A stretch of DNA of 64,000 nucleotides from Callorhinchus milii. Its lineage: Eukaryota. The notes under the pieces were generated by a model that ran no database searches, was not told the DNA's origin, and saw only the letters and a program-made list of their open reading frames with translations. The position numbers and the translations under genes are program-made. Every line of letters begins with the position of its first letter. The first letter of the stretch is position 1. The stretch covers positions 66,652,001 to 66,716,000 of the forward strand of contig NW_024704742.1 of NCBI RefSeq assembly GCF_018977255.1, in the 5' to 3' direction. Below, piece after piece: positions 36,770 through 48,810 of this stretch.

Positions 36770-37020
36770 GGTTGGGCTTTCAACATATCTGACCCCATTC
36801 TCTGCAACTCCATCCACGAGTCCCTTTGGCTCGCCCCTTCCCTCACCTCCTCCAAGGTTTACCTCAAGACCTTCCTCTTTGATCACACGTTCAGGAATCT
36901 TCCCCCCACCCCCTCCCTCCTCTCAGCCTCCAAACCCAGCTTGGGTGCAAACCTTACACTGTCCAGTGCCTTGGGACCTCCCGACATGAAAGACGCTATA
37001 TAAGTGTCAGTTTGTTTTGT
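36770..37020 (+). mobile_element. L2 LINE 3' fragment
   Basis: CCTCAAGACCTTCCTCTTTGATCAC...GTGCCTTGGGACCTCCCGACATGAAAGACGCTATATAAG. Confidence 0.8.
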
Positions 37021-37159
37021 ATTAATTCACCTCATGCCAGTTTGTGAGATCTTGTTGGTACAAATGTCTGCCACGTTTGCCTACAAAAAAGGTCACTTCA
37101 CTTGGGGGCGGGTGGATAGGAGGAGGAGTTGACTGAAGGTTCAATCAAAGAGCTATGTA

Positions 37160-37600
37160 GGTCTTAAGAAGCACTTTAAACAACTTTAGTCGATTGACTA
37201 TGTAAATGAAGATCTAACCACTGCTGTCAATTAAAATACTTGCATCTGATAATCCAGCATTGGATCAGTTTACAGCGGCAAAATGAGAATGATTGAGCAG
37301 CTGCTTCAGTCTAACCTTTCTGTGAACCAGTTTTGTCCATTGGAAAGGGTGAGCGGGAGACAAGAAAACATGTCTTCACAAATAATAGTGTCCATTACCT
37401 CCCACACTAACTTACTGGATTTGTTTGAGCTAAGATTGATTGAAATGAATCTCTGGCCTAACGACATAACTGTATTGTTGCAATTCTTCCACCTAATTGC
37501 TAACTTATCAGAACCCAATGTTTAACAAGTCTAACCTCAAATTCCTGCTTTAAATACCATCTCCAAGATTAGATGTCTCCACTCTTCATTATTATTGATA
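37160..37600. promoter_or_regulatory. Repeat-free block, candidate CNE
   Basis: CTGTCAATTAA, TGATAATCC, TGATTGA (twice), CTAATTG, CTTATCA motifs. Confidence 0.35.
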
Positions 37601-38398
37601 GAAACTTATTATTAATAATAATCCTTCTATTTGGTATTTTGCACCTTTCACACTGGTAGGATGTCTAAAAACGTTTACAGGATTTACTCTAAAGTGTAGT
37701 GACTGTGTGTTTTGGAGGTGAATGCTTTTCATTTTGAAATGGTGGGACAGAGCGAAGAACAAGCAATAGTCCAGAATCAGACGGAGCAGAGAGTACAGGT
37801 AGGAGAATAATATTCTTTATCCAGAGAATAATTAACAACTAGAACAGGGTTCACATGAATATTCTTATGTTCTTATGAGATACAGTATAGTTTGGGACAT
37901 AACATGTCAAGCGATTGCCAGGATGGTGGAAAGTGAACTGGATGAACCTTGATCTTCTTTCGCCCAGGGGGGTGGGGGCGGTGGAAACAGTGGCAAAAGA
38001 GACACTGGAGAGAGAGAGAGAGAGACTAGAAAAAGACTAGAGAGAGTTTCATTTTCATATTCACTTTTATCTAGCAGTTCTTATGTACGTCCTCCCAAAG
38101 TGAAAGGTGCTATACAATTGTAATTTTGTATTGTATATAGGAAGGCTGGTTGAGGCCAGGATGCTGGACTTATGTTCTTTTTAAAAAAGTTGGATGCTGT
38201 GATGGGGATGGGGGATGAAACAGTCTGGTGGGTAATCTGGAAGGATGCGATCAGATGGACCGAGAGCCTTCTTCATCCGAACCTCTCCTGATCTCGTTAG
38301 GTAAGGAGGGTCAAAACCATGAAGAGAGCTGAAGGTCAATGCAAGGATTATAGTCTTGATCCATTGGGGAACGATATCTACTGAATAAACAACAATAT

Positions 38399-38715
38399 AT
38401 GGAGTCCTATAACTCAGTGGTTAGAGCACTCGCCTTGCAAGCGAGTCACCTGGGTTCAATTCCAGGTAGGGCGAAACCTTGGGCAAGCTTCCTTGCTCCA
38501 CACGCCTAATAATATTTCCTCCAAAACAACAAAAAAAAATTGGTCATTTTCAATCCACGACTGTTTGTGGGACACTGTTGTGCGCAATTGGCTGCCACGT
38601 TTCGCCCACAAATATACGGTCACTTTACAGCATATTCTGTGAAACGCTTTGAGATGTCGAGAAGATGTGAGAAGCGCTATACCAAATGCAAGGATTATTA
38701 TTATTATATCATTAT
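38399..38715 (+). mobile_element. tRNA/CORE-like SINE (family A), deleted subfamily
   Basis: ATGGAGTCCTATAACTCAGTGGTTAGAGCACTCGCCTTGCAAGCGAG...CTCCACACGCCT|AATAATA. Confidence 0.92.
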
Positions 38716-39609
38716 ATATGTACAACTTGCATTTATATAGCTCCCTTTACACAGGATAGCATCTCAGAGCACTATATACACTGTATGTACTGTGGCTTCC
38801 CAGTAATGGGTTGCAAAATATTTGTCTCTTAATGTGCTATAAGGGCACGTCCAATGCAGTTTGATTTCTTCTATAAAATTATAGGCAGTTTGCAGCACAG
38901 AAGGCATTGTGTCTGTGCTGGTGCTAGCAGCCCCACTGGATCTATTTAATTATTTGTATTCCTGTGCGCATTCCCCTGCTCTTTTCTCCTAATCATAATT
39001 TTAAATATTTGCACTAATCGAAACATCTCAAAGCACTTCACAGAATCTTACTCTAAAGTGTAGTGCCTGTGTAATAGCCATGAAGTAAGTGACTAATTTT
39101 TTTCTCTCTGGGGCATTGTTGGCCAGGACACCGGGAGAAACTCACTTCTCTTTTTGAATACGGTGTGGGATCGTAACAGGCACAGACAGGACCTCGGCTT
39201 AAAGTCTCATCTGAGATGTTATACAATAATATTTTTCCTCAATCGTTTACACATGTCAAACTTTCAGGCATCTGTATACCAGACCTAAGTACACGAGGCT
39301 AAGGCAAAAACAGGATAAATTCACAACTGTACTTGTGTTGCCATCCAGAGTGGAAAAAATGACAGATGTCAGGCAGTAATTTCAAGCCTGTAATCTTGAA
39401 CACTGAGTTGCAAAGTACTTGATCCTTGTTCTCATGGTTCTTATGAGACACTTTAATCAGGTTACAACGTGTAATTCGCTCCCTGCTGCTCACTGCCAGC
39501 GTCTGTGAAGCTCTCGATGCACGTGCTCTTGTCTGCCGATTTGTGAGATCGGGGTTTTGCTCTCATGTTTTTATTCAGCAGAAAGTGTTATAATAAGAAT
39601 TTCTGAATT

Positions 39610-40020
39610 TGTAGTCATTGAGATATCTCAAAGCGCTTCACAGGATATGCTGAAATGTGCTGTGACTGTATCTATTTTGTGGGCAAAATGCAGCAACCAA
39701 TTTGGGCACAGCAATGCCCCACAAACAGCCATGGAGTGAGTGACCATTTTTATTTGGGAATTGTTGAGCAGGACACCAGAACAAACTCTCTTTCCTTTTC
39801 GAATAGTGTCAGGGAATATTTAATGTCCGCTGGGTCAGGCAGATGGGACCTTAGTTTAACATCTTATCTGAAGGATGGCATCTGTGAACAATGCAGCACA
39901 CTCCCACAACAGTGATGGAATATCAACATGGACTATACGGATTCCAAATCGCACTGAGTGGGTTTGAGATCACAACCTTCTAACTCTGAGACAAGAGTGT
40001 TACTAACTAAGCCCTGCTGC
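39610..40020 (-). mobile_element. DeuSINE (family B), full length
   Basis: Tail, Deu domain (GGCAGATGGGACCTTAGTTTAACATCTTATCTGAAGGATGGC) and head. Confidence 0.86.
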
Positions 40021-40242
40021 CACAATAGAGTATATGGAGTAGATGTAGAGCCAAGTGGAATTTAACCCTGCGGTCCACCTCATGACATTGTTAATAAAAG
40101 CATAATTTTGCTTAAGTTCATAAGCACAGTATATCCTGCAAAGTGCTCTGGGACATCCTCCTAATGTGAAGGGCACTGTATGAAATGTAAAGATTATTAT
40201 TATCATAATGTTTTTAAAAAGGAGGGAGGGAGAAACATCATA

Positions 40243-40612
40243 ATGGAGTCCTGTAACGTATTGGTTAAAGCATTCGCCTTGCAAGTGAGAGGATCCAGTT
40301 CGATTCCCCGTCAGGGCAAAACCTTCAGCAAGTTCCCTTACTCCGCAAATGCCTCTGTTTACCTAGCTGTAAGTAGGAACCCAGTTGTTAATCGATTGGC
40401 AGATCACTTTCCAGAGGTAAAAATCCCTTCAAATAAATAATAATAATTTGGTCACTCACTCCATGACTGTTTGTGGGACACTGCTGTGCTCAATTGGCTT
40501 CTGCATTTCGCACAAAATATACAGTCAATTCACTTTACAATATATTATATGAAGCGCTTTGCAATGTCTCAATGATGTGATAGGCACTATATCAAATGTA
40601 AGGTCTGTTATT
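40243..40612 (+). mobile_element. tRNA/CORE-like SINE (family A), full length
   Basis: Head, B box GTTCGATTCC, GCCTCTGTTTACCTAGCTGTAAGTAGGAACC, tail; ATCATA on both flanks (probable TSD). Confidence 0.92.
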
Positions 40613-40639
40613 ATCATAGGCGAGATAGTTGGCAATGTT

Positions 40640-41700
40640 TAAAGCCTTCGTNAAAAAAATGCACATTTTTGGGATAGAATTCCTTGTGAGTGGGCTTCAC
40701 TGGAAAAGCTGTAGGATTTTGCTCCTGAAATTTGGCTCTAATGAGGTTTCATTGCTTTTCTTGATTTATTGACAAGCAAGTATCGCCTCCCTGGTTGAAA
40801 TAATTGAAGCAGCAATATAATTAGATTGAGAAAACCCCTGATCTGAAGAGAGATCTTTGCGGTGAAAAGATAATAATTAATTATGAGTGGCAATGTTGCT
40901 GACACTTGCAATGCACTAAGAGGGGGGTGGGGGAGAGGGAGGCGGGCGAGGAGTGGGGGAGGGATGTGAGTTGAGGATCTCCGTACACGGGTGGCTCTGT
41001 ACCAGCTGTGAAAGAGCCATTCAGCAGACAGATTAAACATTAGCTGATTACCGACAAGTAATTAACAATGTCAACGAAACATAGAAACCAAATTAATAAT
41101 AATTATATCATCAACAGAATGATCGCCTTGTAGAGAATCCCAGGCAAAAGGAGAGGTTAATTACTCTCGAGCAGAACAGCGCAGTGTTGACCACGTCTGT
41201 GTCTCGGGATGGTGTTAACTGCCAGCTATATAATTAATTAACATCATAATTGTAATTCAGGCAGCCTGAAAATATTGAAATATTACACCATTTCCATTCT
41301 ATTACCTATCATAAGATTCCATAATTTAGACTCCTGGCCCACAGCCTGTGTTCATCTTTCACTCAGTAATATATATCAAATCTATATTGCAATTTGCGGG
41401 ATTTTTTTAAAATATATTTTTTTGCTGGTGTGTAGATTTTGAGGAAACAGTGATGGTGATGAAGGGGCTTTGTGGCGCTTTTATGTTGTGTGGTGTGTGA
41501 AGGGAATTATTAAGGATGTTTGTGGCACATATTAGGGACTACTAAACAGCGGTAGTTAAATGCACCATTTGAACAAGAAATGGGACTAAATTAGGAGCAG
41601 GTTGAAAGATAGCAATGAGTTGGACTCAATTGAATTTAAATTGGAAAAGCATCAGGGGACGTGTTCACTCTCACCTAACAGGGTTTCACTCTCACTTTAC
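40640..41700. promoter_or_regulatory. Repeat-free homeodomain-motif-dense block, strong candidate conserved enhancer
   Basis: TGATTTATTGAC, TAATTG, TAATTAGATTGA, TAATTAATTA, GATTAAACATTAG, TAATTAACAATG, GTTAATTAC, TAATTAATTAAC. Confidence 0.5.
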
Positions 41701-41745
41701 ACTGTGGTCTTTTACCTCACCTGAGGGAGAATGTGACTGAAGCCG

Positions 41746-42127
41746 TAATAATAATCCTTGCATTTGATATAGCGCCTTATCATATCTTCGAGACGTCTCA
41801 AAGTGCTTCACAGAATATATTGTAAAGTGAATTGACTGTATAATTTGTGGGTGAAACGTGGCTGCAAATTGTGCACAGCAGTGTCCCACAAACAGTCATG
41901 GATTGAGGGACCAAATTATTATTTTTTAAAAATTTATTGTGAAGGAATTATTAACCCCGGAAAAGCGATTTGCCAATCGACTAACAACCGGGTTCCTATT
42001 TACTGCTAGGTAAACAGAGGAGTAAGGAGTAAGGAAACTTGCCCAACATTTCACCCAGCCGGGAATCGAACCCAGGTCCTCTTGCTTGCAAAGCGAGTGC
42101 TCTAACCACTGAACTACAGGACTCCAT
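41746..42127 (-). mobile_element. tRNA/CORE-like SINE (family A), full length, low divergence
   Basis: Revcomp ATGGAGTCCTGTAGTTCAGTGGTTAGAGCACTCGCTTTGCAAGCAAGAGGACCTGGGTTCGATTCCCGG. Confidence 0.94.
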
Positions 42128-42324
42128 AATGCAACCAGGTGGCAATGGTTAGTTTGTGACATACATTCATCTCGTGACACCGTTTACAAATTGTACATAC
42201 GACCTCACAACAGGCAGAATAAGTTGTATTCTGTCTGTTGACATGGAGAGAGGAGATATATCTGTACATTGAGAGTGAGAGATCTGTGTGTGTACATTGA
42301 GAGTGAGGGGTGTGTGTGTATATT

Positions 42325-42492
42325 CATAGAAACATAGGAATATAGAAAAATAAAAAGAGGAGAAAGCCATTCAGCCCCTTGAGCCTGTTCCGCCATTCTA
42401 TAAGATCTTGGCTGATCTGTACCTCAAGTCCAATTGCACGCCCTTGACCCATATCCCTTAATACCCTGACCTAACAAATAGCTATCCATTCA
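42325..42492 (-). mobile_element. CR1 3' terminus
   Basis: CATAGAAACATAGGAATATAG octamer tail; GCCATTCAGCCCCTTGAGCCTGTTCCGCCATTC. Confidence 0.85.
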
Positions 42493-42514
42493 AATGGGGG
42501 ATATGTATGTGTAC

Positions 42515-43385
42515 ACTGAGAGGGCACAATTTCTAAGTGTGCAGATGGCACAGAAGTAGGGAGTGTAGCTAACAGTGATAAAGATTGTTAGCATCTTCAG
42601 GGGGACAGAGACAGATTAGTTGATTGGGCAGAGAAATGACAAATGAAATTAATGTGGACAAACGGAGGAAAGATAAGGAGAACAAGTACATGTTGGGTGG
42701 TAAAATATTAAAAGGAGTGGAAGAGCAAAGGCACCTGGGGTTAATGTACATAAATTCTTAAAGCTGGAAAGGCAGGTGGGCAAAGCTGTCAAAAAGCTAA
42801 TGGAATCGCAGCTTTTATAAAAAGGAATGTAGAATATAAAAGCAAAGAGGTAATGCTAAATTTACATAAATAGTTTGTTATATCACAATTAGAATATTAT
42901 GTCCAGTATTGGTTATCCCACTTTAGGAAAGATGTCAAGGCAATGCAGGGGGTGCAGAGGAGATCTACAAGGATGATACCAGGGATGAGTGATTGGCCTA
43001 TGAGCAGAGACTGGATGAACTGGGACTTTTTCTACTGGAATAAAGAAGGTTGAAGAGTGACCTGGGAAAGGTTTTTAAAATTCTAAGGGGTTTTGACAGT
43101 CAATCGGGAGAAATTATTTCCACAGGTTGGTGAGTCAATAACTAGAGGGCATCAATTTAAGATAGTCAATGGGGAGGTTAGGAGAAATTGTTTTGATGTA
43201 CAGTGCAGTTAGGATATGGAATTCCCTGCCAGGAGTGGTGGCTGAGGCAAAATCCATATTGGCCTTCAAGAGAGAACTAGACAAATATTTTAAAAGGGGC
43301 AGCTACAGCTGTATGGGGATTGCTCTTGAGGTAGCTTGACGGATACGATTGGCTGCCTTCTGTGCCATACATTTCAATGGTTCTG
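42515..43385 (+). mobile_element. CR1 LINE 3' fragment (RT C-terminal region to 3' UTR), decayed
   Basis: ISKCADGTEVG (FADDTKLG-like), LQGDRDRLVDWAEK, RNVEYKSKEVMLNL, LEYYVQYW, RKDVKAMQGVQRRSTRMIPG, TRGHQFK, WNSLPG. Confidence 0.92.
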
Positions 43386-43477
43386 TCGGAGTTGCGTAGA
43401 TTAAGAAGGGAGATGCGCTGCGGGTGGGGGGGGAGTGGTAGCTAAATGGAGTGGTGCTGTAACATTACCAAGAAACC

Positions 43478-43851
43478 GTTGTCCCGTAGCGTAGTGGTTA
43501 GTGTGCTCACCTCGCAAGCGAGAGGAACCGGGTTTGATTCCCAGACGGGGCGAAACCTTAAGCAAATTTCCTTATTGCACACGTCTCTGTTTAATTAGCA
43601 GTATGTAAGAAACTGCTTATTAGTCAATCGGCAGATTGCTTTCTGGAGGTAATAATCCCCACTACCAAAAAAAAAATTTGGTTATTCAATCCATGACTAT
43701 TTGTGGGACACTGCTTTATGCAATTAGCTTCTGCATTTTGCCCACAAAATACACAGCCAATTCACTTTACAATATATTCTGTGAAGCACTTTCAGATGTC
43801 TAGATGATGTCATAAAGCACTATATCAAATGCAAGCATTATTATTATTACT
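43478..43851 (+). mobile_element. tRNA/CORE-like SINE (family A), full length, Val-like head variant
   Basis: GTCCCGTAGCGTAGTGGTTAGTGTGCTCACCTCGCAAGCGAGAGGAACCGGGTTTGATTCCCAGACGGGGCG. Confidence 0.9.
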
Positions 43852-44097
43852 AAACTGGCACAAAAAGAAACACTTTTTTCTTACTGACTTAGTCTATGGC
43901 TAGACAGTGGCTGATGCATTCAGAACACGTATAAAGGAGCTGATCCAATCTTTGTCCTAAATAATAAATGTACTTGAACTTGCCCACTACAGACAACTTT
44001 CTTAGTTAATCTATTACCAGATCAGACTTTAAAGTGTTTATATTTTTGTATCTCCTTGTTTAAAAGCAAAAATATATAAGTTTTACACAAAGATAGC

Positions 44098-44475
44098 AAT
44101 AATAATCCTTGTACTTGATAAAGCTTCTTTTCACGTCAAACTGCAGTGACTTTTTATTTCGTAGATAAACACAGCAGCCAATTTGTACAGAGTAATTTTC
44201 CACAAACAGTCATGACCAATTTTATTTGGGGGAATTGTTGGCTTGGACACCAGGAGAAACTTCCTTCTCTTTTGAATAGTGCCATTGCATCTTTAACATC
44301 CACCTGAACAGGCAGAGAGGACCTTGGTTTAAGGTCTCATCTAAAGAATGGCACATTCAGCATTGCACAAGAGTGTCAATTTAGATTATGTGAGTTCAAA
44401 GTATTGACTCAGGGCTTGAACCCACAACCATCTGACGTAGACACAAGAGCGCTAGCATCTGAGCCAGGCTGACAC
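44098..44475 (-). mobile_element. DeuSINE (family B), full length
   Basis: Tail, Deu domain, head ending GAGCCAGGCTGACAC. Confidence 0.9.
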
Positions 44476-45049
44476 GTAACCGCACTCAATTACAGTAACA
44501 CGTTCCATTAAGAAATCAGAAACTCGCTTTTCCTGTTAGGTAATGACCATAAACTACCATGCATCTTGGGAGATAGTTAAATGGTGTGTGAGAGGGGAAC
44601 TGTAACACATCATTTAGAAGTGTCGGACTTGGAACTTTCCAGAAGGAGAGATTCGGTTAATGTGACTTTGATTGTGTAATGAGATTTAAAAAAAAAACAT
44701 TTATTTCATTTTTTTAAATTTGAGGCTGGATTATGGCTATAATTTGTAATTCTAATTTTAATATGTGACCAATTCAGCCTAATAATGAGCAGGAAACCCA
44801 ATCCGAGACTTTATTTCAATGCAATTGGTTTAGCCCAGATCCATTAACAATAACAGTGATTAATAATCATACTCAAGTCTCATTTTTCACCAAAGACTTT
44901 TGGCACTGAGATGTCAGGCTATATAGACTGGCTTATGTACCGATGACCCATTCATCACAACAACCAACCATGAAGCAGAGAGGAAACGCCACCCGGCAAC
45001 TTCAGAAATTCCACTTCACACTCTGACCAAGTGATGGAACGTGATCTGA

Positions 45050-45423
45050 AAAAAGTTCAGTCTAGGCTGATACTCTGATTGATGGAGGGGAGGTGTACAA
45101 TGTTGTTGGAGTTGATGTCCTTTGGGTGTCACATTAAATCTCGTCTTTCTGTTCAGATGGACCTTAAAGATCCGATGGCCTGATTCGAAAAGATGAGAAA
45201 GTTTCTCCCCAGATAAAATCGGTCATTCGCTTCACCGCTATGAGTGGGACATTGCTGTGCCATTTTTATCTCCGAAGCAGAAAGGTTGGCACTGAGGATA
45301 TATCTAATGACTGGCTGCCACGTTCACCTGCAAATACCCATTCACTACATTTCACAGGAAATCCTCTAAAACGTTTGACAATGTGATCAGGTGCTATAAC
45401 AAATACAAGGATTATTATTATTA
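45050..45423 (+). mobile_element. DeuSINE (family B) with a 45-bp foreign insert
   Basis: GTCTAGGCTGATACTC...TTAAAGATCCGATGGC...tail; insert at 45270-45314. Confidence 0.8.
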
Positions 45424-46890
45424 TGGAAGTATCAAAAACAAACACACTGTTGTGGGTGGGGGAGTGGGGGCTTACCTTATTAACTGAGATGATTATTACC
45501 TTACGATTTCCCCCTTCAAAAAGTCCCCCCCCCCGATTTCTGAGATCGGCACATTGTCAGATGATACTCCTCACACACACATGCATGGTTTGGGCTTGGC
45601 TTCCCCTTATCCTGTAACTTGCTCTGAAATGAAAGTTTGACCCTATTTCCAATAGGGTCAAATGTCAGCATCAGCTAATGGTTTGGTCTTTTACTGTCAC
45701 TCGGGACTCTGTTGTTCTGTGGATCCGGGCCATGGTGTCTGGTAACCTTTGGAATTATTTTGACCTCCGAAGCAGAAAGGTTGGCACTGAGGATGTATCT
45801 AATAACTGGGGCACTCCAACGATCATTTGTGTGTATCTCACTGCACTATGCATTCAGAGCAAGAGTCTTTTTCAGTCGTCTTATGGACACGAGAGTTAAA
45901 AGTAATAATAAAATAACCTTTACAACAACAAATTACATTTGCATAGCGCCTTTCACATTACTATGATTATGGAAGTGGATTCCCCATCACTCGATCTACA
46001 AAATACATAGTCACTACACTTCACAATGCATCCTGTGAGACGCTTTGAGACAGCCTCCAATGTGAAAGGTGCTAAACCAAATGTAAGGATTATTATCTTT
46101 TTCAAAAACAAACATTACATTTTATGCAGCAGCTTTCATGTCAGTGAAATGTCTCAAAGCGCATCGCAGTATATACTGTAAAGTGGAGTGACTGTATTTT
46201 GTGGACGAATTCAGCACAATAGTGCAGTGCTGGTGAAGGTGGGAGGGGTTGGGGAGCCATAAAGGACGCATCCCACTATTTGAAAAGAGAAAGGAGTTTC
46301 TCCTGGTGTCTTGTTCATCATCAACAACAACAACTCGCATTTATATTGCACCTTTCATGAGGGGTAATATCTCAGAGCTCATATGTATATAACTTTATCC
46401 CTCTGATAAAATTGGTCATTCACTTCATGGTTGTTTGTGGGACTTTGCTGTACACAAACAAGCTGCATAATACAGTCACTACATTAAATCCTGTGAAGTG
46501 CTTTGAAACACCTTCCAGATATGAATGGCAGTGTATCAAATTGCAATTATTATTATTTACATTAAAGCTATTTCTAAGCATGAATTTTAGCCTTGTGTTG
46601 TTCACACCCTCTTTCTTTGCTGTGAGTTAGTTCCTATTAATGCATTATCCTTCATGCTTCCATTGTTTTGTTGTTAAAATGTAAAATATTCAAAAAGTGA
46701 GCTGAGACAGAGTGGAAGATGAATTAACAAAATGTGCTGCAGCCGGCCTTAATTTCAAGCTTGATATCCAAAGCGCTGGGGATTTGACCTCTCAGTCTGC
46801 CAAGTTGGTTGAAATTGTGATTGAAAATATGCCAAATACTTTATGAAAGTGCATAGACGATAACAGTCGGCACTCACATAAACTGATCTA

Positions 46891-47432
46891 CCCACCCTCT
46901 CTGCTCTATATCTAGTCTCCCCACCCTCACTGCTCTATATCTAGTCTCCCCACCCTCACTGCTCTATATCTAGTCTCCCCACCCTCACTGCTCTATATCT
47001 AGTCTCCCCACCCTCACTGCTCTATATCTAGTCTCCCCACCCCCACTGCTCTATATCTAGTCTCCCCACCCTCATTGCTCTGTATCTAGTCTCCCCACCC
47101 TCACTGCTCTATATCTAGTCTCCCCACCCTCGCTGCTCTATATCTAGTCTCCCCACCCTCACTGCTCTATATCTAGTCTCCCCACCCTCACTGCTCTATA
47201 TCTAGTCTCCCCACCCTCACTGCTTTATATCTAGTCTCCCCACCCTCGCTGCTCTATATCTAGTCTCCCCACCCTCACTGCTCTATATCTAGTCTCCCCA
47301 CCCTCGCTGCTCTATATCTAGTCTCCCCACCCTCACTGCTCTATGTCTAGTCTCCCCACCCTCACTGCTCTATATCTAGTCTCCCCACAATCACTGCTCT
47401 ATATCGAGTCTCCTCCCCTTCACTGCTCTATA
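46891..47432. repeat. 29-bp minisatellite, about 18.6 tandem copies
   Basis: Unit CACCCTCACTGCTCTATATCTAGTCTCCC starting at 46893, 46922, ... 47386, partial at 47415; no spacers; few substitutions. Confidence 0.97.
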
Positions 47433-48209
47433 ATTGGTCCGTTAATAGTTTTAGTTCTCAAAGATATCTATGGAAAACTGCCTTCTGAATTAAATCAGAG
47501 TTGAAGAGTCTTGCAAATTCTTCACAATTGTAAGTTTTATAACAATGGCTAGTTTTACGGCTGGGATCTGCTGCCCTTTCGACCCTCTGGACGTGTGTCT
47601 ATATACTTTGAATGTGGTGGGTCGGTGACTGAGGCAAAGGTTTGTCCCATAGACGATCTTTCCCGTGGAATGCCAGCTCTTCCCACCCGGTGTATTCATT
47701 GTAATTTGCTTAACTCTGCTATTTTTACATTTATAACTTAACATAACATACTTAACATTTCTCTGTCAGCTCAGCTGTTTTGACACCATGAATCACGGCT
47801 GCTATGTACACCTACGTGCCTTGAGGCTTCACTGTGACACTAACTCTGATCCTGGACCTCATTGCTTCCTCTGTGCATCTTCGAGTCTGTGGAGGTGTGA
47901 TTGGGGAAGGAGGTCACCTCTTGATGTTTCCATTCCTCTCTGCTGCAACCACTGCTACCACTTCAGAATCTGGACCAGAAAATCCAGCTGGTTTTAGCCT
48001 GCAGGCCCCACCATCCAGACCACCTGGCTGAAGGAACTTCTACCCCTATTTGATATTGCTGTTATTAAACGTAGATATGCTGTGTTTTTCTGACTGAGAC
48101 CCATGCGATCCAATCAATTTATATCCACGAGAGACAGGCAAATGACACTTTTCATTCAATGATAAGAGCAATAGCAAAATCCAAGCTGATTTGACGGTAC
48201 CAACATTTT

Positions 48210-48810
48210 ATCAATAATAATAATCTTGCATTTGATATAGCACTTTATCATGTTGTGACTGTGATTTTGTTGGTGAATTCGCAACCTGTTTGCGCACAGC
48301 ATGTCCCACAAACAGCCATGAAGTGAATGAATGAAAAAAATAATAATAATTTGGTCATTCAATCCACAACTGTTTGTGGGACACTGCTGTGCGCAATTGG
48401 CTGCCGCATTTTGCCCATGAAATATATACAGTCAATTAACTCTACAATATATTCTGTGAAGTGCTTTTAGACGTCTCAACAATATGATTAGGCGCTATAC
48501 CAAATGCAAAGTATTATTATTATTATTATTATTATCAGTTTTATTTGGGGGATTGTTGGGCAGGACTCCAGGAGAAATTTCCTTCTCTTTTCGAATTGTG
48601 CCATGGGATCTTTAACATGCACCCGAACAGGCAGATGGAGCCTCGGTTTAATGTCTCATCCGAAAGACGGCACCTTCAACAATACAGAGCTCCCTCCAGC
48701 CTTGTAGTGGAGTGTCAGCCTAAACAGTGTGAGTTCAAATTTCAGAAGTGGGGCTTGAACCAACAACCTTCTGACTTAGAGGTGAGAGAGAGTGCTACCT
48801 ACCAACTGGC
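48210..48810. mobile_element. DeuSINE (minus) split by a family A SINE tail (plus, about 48335-48535)
   Basis: Minus tail 48210-48333, plus tail ending (TTA)n at 48535, minus Deu domain and head 48536-48810. Confidence 0.85.

Noticed and set aside
40652..40652. Single N before an A-run (also at 51767)
   Set aside because: Assembly ambiguity at homopolymers, not biology; it warns that homopolymer frameshifts in this window may be sequencing errors
46891..47432. CRISPR-like array (29-bp repeats)
   Set aside because: Units are directly adjacent with no unique spacers, the context is eukaryotic and no cas genes are present
47765..47860. LSCFDTMNH resembling the L2 RT motif DLSAAFDTVDH
   Set aside because: Similarity is too short and does not extend convincingly
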